NCBI GenBank assembly: GCA_037447605.1
Contig: CM074817.1
Location: 186,001-250,000 of the forward strand
Source of the DNA: Zygnema circumcarinatum SAG 698-1b
Lineage: Eukaryota; Plantae; Zygnematophyceae
Reading direction: 5' to 3'
Length of the DNA stretch: 64,000 nt
The translations under genes and the position numbers were made by a program. Position 1 is the first letter of the stretch. Each line of letters opens with the position of its first letter. This document shows positions 58,461-64,000 of this stretch, in pieces. A model generated the notes under the pieces. It searched no databases. It saw nothing but the letters and a program-made list of their open reading frames with translations, and had not been told where the DNA came from.

Positions 58461-61276
58461 CTACTGCTCGGGGGCGACTTGGCTCTCTCTTGGAGCTGTT
58501 TCGTTCCGATTTAAAACATGGCCCATTTTTCCGTTTCCGTGGCTATTTTCCAAGTCTAGAGGCCTCCGACTGTCCTTACCATTCACTTGCTGCTGCTCGT
58601 GCTCGCTTCTCAGAACTTGTAACCTTTCCAAAGAGAAGGGCCATGCTTTACTTCCAAAGCTTTGAACAACTTCGACTCCTTCGCTGCATACATTGTTTCC
58701 ATCCGCATCAACAAAAATTAGGGTTGGGATGTCGCAGACAGAAAACTTAGCTCCAAGGTTATCGCCCGTGTCACGATCTGAATAAGGCACGGCCAACCAA
58801 GGCATCTTCTTCATGCTCTCTTTCCAAATCTCCTGCGACTCATCATTGGAAAGAAAAACCACTTCGAATTTCCTTCCTTTGGAGCGAAGCTCCTTGTGAA
58901 CCTCTCCCAGAACGTGAATGAACTCTCTTGCAGCCGGAACTGCATGGGCGGAGAAGAGGAGTCCCACGGTGTGACCCTTCAGCTGGTCAACTTTTACCTG
59001 CAAACGTTGGAGGCAGAGCATGAAAGAGTTAGGGGGGTAGTGCCCTAATTCGATTGAGTACATACCCATAAGCGGCTATTCAATCCGAGAAGCATCAGAG
59101 CCACAAGGACACTAAAAAAAAAAAGATCCACCCAAAAAAATATTGCAAGAAAGCTACTCTCTGTGCATCCCACAGCAAACAAATAGAGCAGTACAAAAAA
59201 AAAAAATCAAATTTGCAGTTTTTTTTCTCTAGAACAGTCACCAGGAAAGTGTGGAGGTAGAGCAGTCAGTGGTTCCTTCAGAACTAGAATGCACAGAAGC
59301 TCAGTTTTCAGTTTCACCGCTGACGCCATCGTCTACAATAGAACCACGCCTCACGGAACTGCGACCTGAACTGCGAAGCGTGACATATGATGGGACAGAG
59401 CGGCCAGCCCACAAACGACAAAATAACCGTACGAAAACGACCGTACAATCGGTATAAACTCGGGGAGGTCGATCTAAACAAATTGGACCTATGGGCATTA
59501 ATGCCACGTGACGACACCGGATTAGTCGTCCCTGCATAAGTGTCACGTAGCGACACTGGATTGGTCGCCCCTGCATAAGTGTCACGTGGCGACACCGGAT
59601 CGGTCACAGTTTCCAGCGCCTGCCATTTACAGCTCAGAATCGGGACCGCCACCGCTGCCACGTGGCAAAACGATCGCTGATTGGAGCTCAGGATTTTGAC
59701 TGGCCGGGAAGAAGACCAGGTTTGAAAACATTCTACGGCAGTCACGGATTGTCGGGCAGCCCGGAAAATAAATTCAACAAAGGCGGAAGGGCGTTCTCCA
59801 TTGCTACTATTGTACTTGAAGCAGCATCCAATGGTACGATGTCACGTGTACAAAGTTGCCAACGTGGCACGACGCCATTGGACGACGCTCGACCAGGGCA
59901 GGGAATAGTACGGAGAGGCCGCCGACAGGAAGAGGCGAACTCGGTCAAAGCTCGTTCAAATTTCGAATTTCCACGAGCTTTAAAAATATGGCCAGCCCAA
60001 ATTGGGGATAGGAAACCACTAGGAAAAGGTCTGGGTGATAGGGAGGGGAGGGGAGGGGGAGAGCGGAGGAGGCCTTTGAAGCAGACACCTAAAAAAAGGA
60101 ATAAAAGTTACAAAACGAGAAGGGGAACTAAAAAGGCCATACAGCAATCTAATAGGCCGACGGATGCAGTCTGTTATTCTATCCGTCCAGCTGTGAACAT
60201 GATGAAACCGACGCTTCATCTTTTCAGAGGAGAGGGAGAGGAGGAGAGGAGGAGGAGAGGAGGAGGAGAGGAGGAGGAGAGGAGGAGGAGAGGAGGAGGA
60301 GAGGAGGAGAGGAAGAGGAGAGGAGGAGGAGAGGAGGAGGAGAGGAGGAGGAGAGGAGGAGGAGAGGAGGAGGAGAGGAGGAGGAGAGGAGGAAGAGAGG
60401 AGGAGGAGAAGAGGAGGAGGAGAGGAGGAGGAGGAGAGGAGGGACGTTAGTTAGGGGAAAAAGGGGCGCAACTCGTTGTGAGCCAAAGAATCAGCATCAG
60501 TGTTTGCTAGACTTAACCGCAAAAAGATGTTCATCTCGCCCTAGATACTCACCCTTTCTTCATTTCGCTTTTCCTCGTTTCTAATCATCGTCAAGCAATG
60601 CATTGCAGGCACATATGCAAGTCAAACGTTTGAGCAGGAAGCAGATGCCAACCGTTTTCAAATGCACTGCAAAAGTGAGACTTATGGAACACTAGGGTCT
60701 CCAATTTCCGTGAAAAGCAGCTCAGCTGCCGGCAGAAGAAAAGTTATAGAGCTGAAATTCAGATTTTTGGAATCGCTGAGAGCACACGATCCATATCTTC
60801 AAATTGAAAATCTCTGTGACTAGTCAAACTTAACAGAACATACGTTCAAGATTGTAAGTCGCATGAACAGCGAAACATAATGGAAAACAAAGTTTGGTAC
60901 ATATCCTTCAGCTGCATACAACTACTCCTTCATCAGCCAGACGCTTACTGAGTATAAAGGAAAGCATAATAGAAAGAGGTTACGTCTCACTCAATCAAGC
61001 AAGGCTTGTTCAATTGCACATGCTTCAAAGCAGAATCGCTGGAACTTAAGAAAAAACTGAACTTCAACAAGAGAAAGGACATGCATAGAGAAGTAGAGGT
61101 TTTTAGAAATTAAAAGACTGGCTGACCTTTTTCCCGGACCGGTCGACCAGAAATTCTCGATCCTTGGATGCAAGCAGCGCTCGCAGGGCCTTCCTGCTGC
61201 GCTCCATGGCCTCCTTATCGATCGCTGACTGCTCATCGTCCATGACATCGTCAGGCTTAGACGAATAGCAGCCCAT
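58461..61276 (-). CDS. Single-domain nucleoredoxin-like protein lacking the active-site cysteines, with an N-terminal MGCYSSK motif; 2 exons (61276-61127, 58997-58461)
   Basis: The spliced junction LLASKDREFLVDRSGKK|VKVDQLKGHTVGLLFSAH is a continuous nucleoredoxin motif. Also FEVVFLSND, MPWLAVPY and IPTLIFVD. Confidence 0.87.
59502..59606. repeat. 39-bp tandem repeat, about 2.6 copies, intronic
   Basis: CACGT(G/A) recurs at 59505, 59544 and 59583. Confidence 0.8.
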
Positions 61277-62385
61277 GGCTATGATAACCGCCTCTACAAG
61301 ACAATGAACTTCGTCCAAAACTTGCTATTAATGAGGAGGAGGGCGACTCCCGGAGTCGATAATCTTACCAGAAATGAGGTTTCTTTGACTCAATTCTTTT
61401 GATTCTTTGATTCCTTTGACTACTCTGATTTAATATTTCTTAGATTCCTTGATTATTTCTCTCCCAAAAGTGAAGAAAAATGGCCTGCAGGGCCTCCCTT
61501 TCGCCTCTCCTGCAACGGCTTCCACATCTGCATCGCCCCTTCCTCTTGGCCTCCTTTCAGCGTCTCGTGACAGGGAACGGTCACATGCCCTCACAGCTCA
61601 AAATACTTTTACCAGTCACTGGCCACCACGTGGCAGTTCCAACACAAATCCGCCGGCCAGTTTGGTGGCTGTCGCTGTTGCCAATGTCGCCCCTTCAAAA
61701 TTTTTAAGAATCTGGAAGCATGGAAACTAGCAACGCGTTTGATTTTCCAGATTTCTACACATGGAACGCACCAGTTTCAATGGTCGGCGTTGACTGACAG
61801 CGAAGGCGGCGCCGCTCACCGACTCGTCGCTCTCTATGTGCCTAGTTACAAAAAATTGGCAGAACCGTAATTCGGCAACGCTACGGTCCTTCCTTGTGTT
61901 GCACAATATATTTACCGCCCCCCTTGTCGTGCTGCCTTTAAACCTGAAGAGCCTAAAAACTCTAAATACCCAAAAGCTAATGAAAACATCCTAACAATTT
62001 AACAGCAATTCAAAAATCGCTCTATCAGATGTGAGCCCTTGAATGATCATGTAAACAATTAAAGGATAGTTCGAGTGTGTGACATTTACAGTGGCGTATC
62101 AAAATGACATGTTTCTTCGACCCATTCAAACCTATGTACACGAAAGGGAGGGAACCCTAATCCCAAAATCACCATTCTCCCTCCCTCCCTCTCTTATTTG
62201 CCCATTTATTCTCGACATTCGGCCAATGCCTGACGGTGACAAATTCTTCTCCATTTCGTACAAGGGGCTAAGCTGCTCCGCTAACATTCTTATTCCAAAA
62301 CTAACAGTTCAATTCTGCGCTGTACAAGCCAAACAACCTACAATACACCACTCTCTTCCCTCTCTTTTGTTTTGGGAAAGCTCCG

Positions 62386-64000
62386 TTATGAAACACTTCT
62401 TGACAGAGTTCGATTTGGAGTTGCCGGACTCTTCGGAGGAGGCTCCGGCTGAGTGACTGTCTGCACCGCTTTATCAAAGCTGCTTGCAAAGGACCAAATT
62501 GCCCCAAACAGCGCCTGAAAAGCCACAGGGGGAAGAAGGAAGACGAAGAAGGGAAGAAGAAGGGAAGAAGAAGAAGAAGAAGACGAAGAAGAAGAAGAAG
62601 ACGAAGAAGACGAAGAAGAAGAAGAAGACGAAGAAGAAGAAGAAGACGAAGAAGAAGAAGAAGAAGAAGAAGAAGAAGAAGAAGAAGACGAAGAAGAAGA
62701 AGACGAAGAAGACGAAGAAGAAGAAGGAGAAGGGGGGGGGGGGGGGGGGGNNNNNNNNNNGGGGGGGGGGGGGGGGGGGGAGAAACAGGTAGAGTATATA
62801 AGTAGTTGACTCACGTGAATAATCGAATAGAATCAAATGGAGGATTGAATACAATAACATAGCTGATTGAATCCCCTCATTCAACTGTGATGCTATTGGC
62901 CTGACTAAAGAGAATAAGAGAAATCAATCACAATACAAAACCCTCAAAACGCTAAACTATTGTTTTTCAGTTTTGTTACCTCAGGAGAGGCTGAGTTTGA
63001 TGGTTCTCCAAAGAACTCGGCGAGCTCACGGAAGTTTTTTCTGCAGATAAAAGAAGCGAAGGAGAGGGAGAGGGAGAGAGAGAGGGGGAAAGAGTGGGAC
63101 CCCCAATTGCTCCCATTGAAACCCAATTTTCCATACATACTAGTCTTGGTTTTGAGCGTAGACGTGACTTGCAGTCTCTAATCATGTAGGTATTTACCGC
63201 TTCAAGCCATGCCCTATTCTCCAGTAGAGCAGAGAATTTACCCCACGTTCAACCATACAAACTCTTTTCTCTTTTTCTCTTTCCTCTTTTCTTCTCTCAT
63301 ACATATGCNNNNNNNNNNNNNNNNNNNNNNNNNNNNNNNNNNNNNNNNNNNNNNNNNNNNNNNNNNNNNNNNNNNNNNNNNNNNNNNNNNNNNNNNNNNN
63401 NNNNNNNNCGGCATTTGAACTGAGTCAACATTATCGCCACATTATTCGCACGTGTCAATGGAATAACCTGAGGGCTACCTTTCAGTCCCTTGCTTCTCCC
63501 TCCCACTCTGTCAACTCCCTCTCCTCCCTCTCCCTTTCTCACACTTTTAAGTGGCTTTTTTGCCATTGATCTAAACAGCCAATGAAGAGCCTCTTTCTCA
63601 GTTTCTTTTGGGCCTATCTTCTCCAACAGCCCTTCGTCTCTCTTTATCTCCTCCCACACTGTTCCTTGAGTTTGAATTAATTTATTCCAATATATGGGTT
63701 TTAAACCGTTGCTATTCCCAGATGGAAACCCTCCCCTAGGGGGAGTGGGTGGGAAGGGATTTTTTGGACCTTTGGGCAGAGGAGGGGGGAGAGGAGTCCC
63801 TTTCAGAGCAGGTGAGAGAGGAGGGGGGAGAGGAGGAGGAGGAGGAGGCGGAGTATTCATAGGTCCCTTTAGGGCTGGACGGGGGAGAGGAGGGGGAGGG
63901 GGAGGGGGAAGTGGAGTATTTATAGGTCCCCTTAGAGGTGGAGAGGGAAGTGTGGGAGGGAGGGAGCGAGGAGGAGGGGGAGGGGGAGGGGGAGGGGGGG
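62386..64000 (-). CDS. Formin (FH1 poly-Pro + FH2), partial. It extends beyond the window, and the middle of FH2 is lost in the gap at 63309-63408
   Basis: Poly-Pro, LKPIYWNKL...GTVWEE, IPLTRANNVAIMLTQFK, FRELAEFFGEP and ALFGAIWSFASSFDKA. Confidence 0.87.

Noticed and set aside
61103-61318. G-protein alpha subunit suggested by the MGCxxS start
   Set aside because: No P-loop follows, and the exon splices in frame into a nucleoredoxin fold.

Overview
Eukaryotic, intron-rich draft scaffold from a streptophyte. A Zygnematophyceae-type alga is inferred from the mix of plant-specific genes (expansin, RETICULATA, DUF616, BRAHMA, C7 Raf kinase) with CHRD and type-B carboxylesterase genes. Bases 1-27.8 kb are a nested transposon complex. 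A chromoviral Ty3/gypsy sits inside a Ty1/copia (A/B family), which sits inside a second copia (C), which sits in the last intron of a gene encoding two expansin modules in tandem. Matching target-site duplications (GACCA, ATAGC), an RT reading frame that rejoins exactly, and the orientation of the expansin exons show that about 2.5-17 kb and 17-27.8 kb are two halves of one locus in opposite orientation. This is either a real inversion/inverted duplication or an assembly or haplotype artefact. The central block also holds two long foldback elements, a MITE family with ATT target sites and a tRNA-Cys-like sequence. Bases 29-64 kb are gene-rich: a CBC/C7 Raf-like kinase, a CHRD protein, a DUF616 glycosyltransferase-like gene, a RETICULATA-related gene, the 5' half of BRAHMA with a polyQ of about 150 codons, a secreted type-B carboxylesterase, a Cys-less nucleoredoxin with a myristoylation motif, and a formin. 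All family assignments come from motif recognition by eye. No database searches were run.
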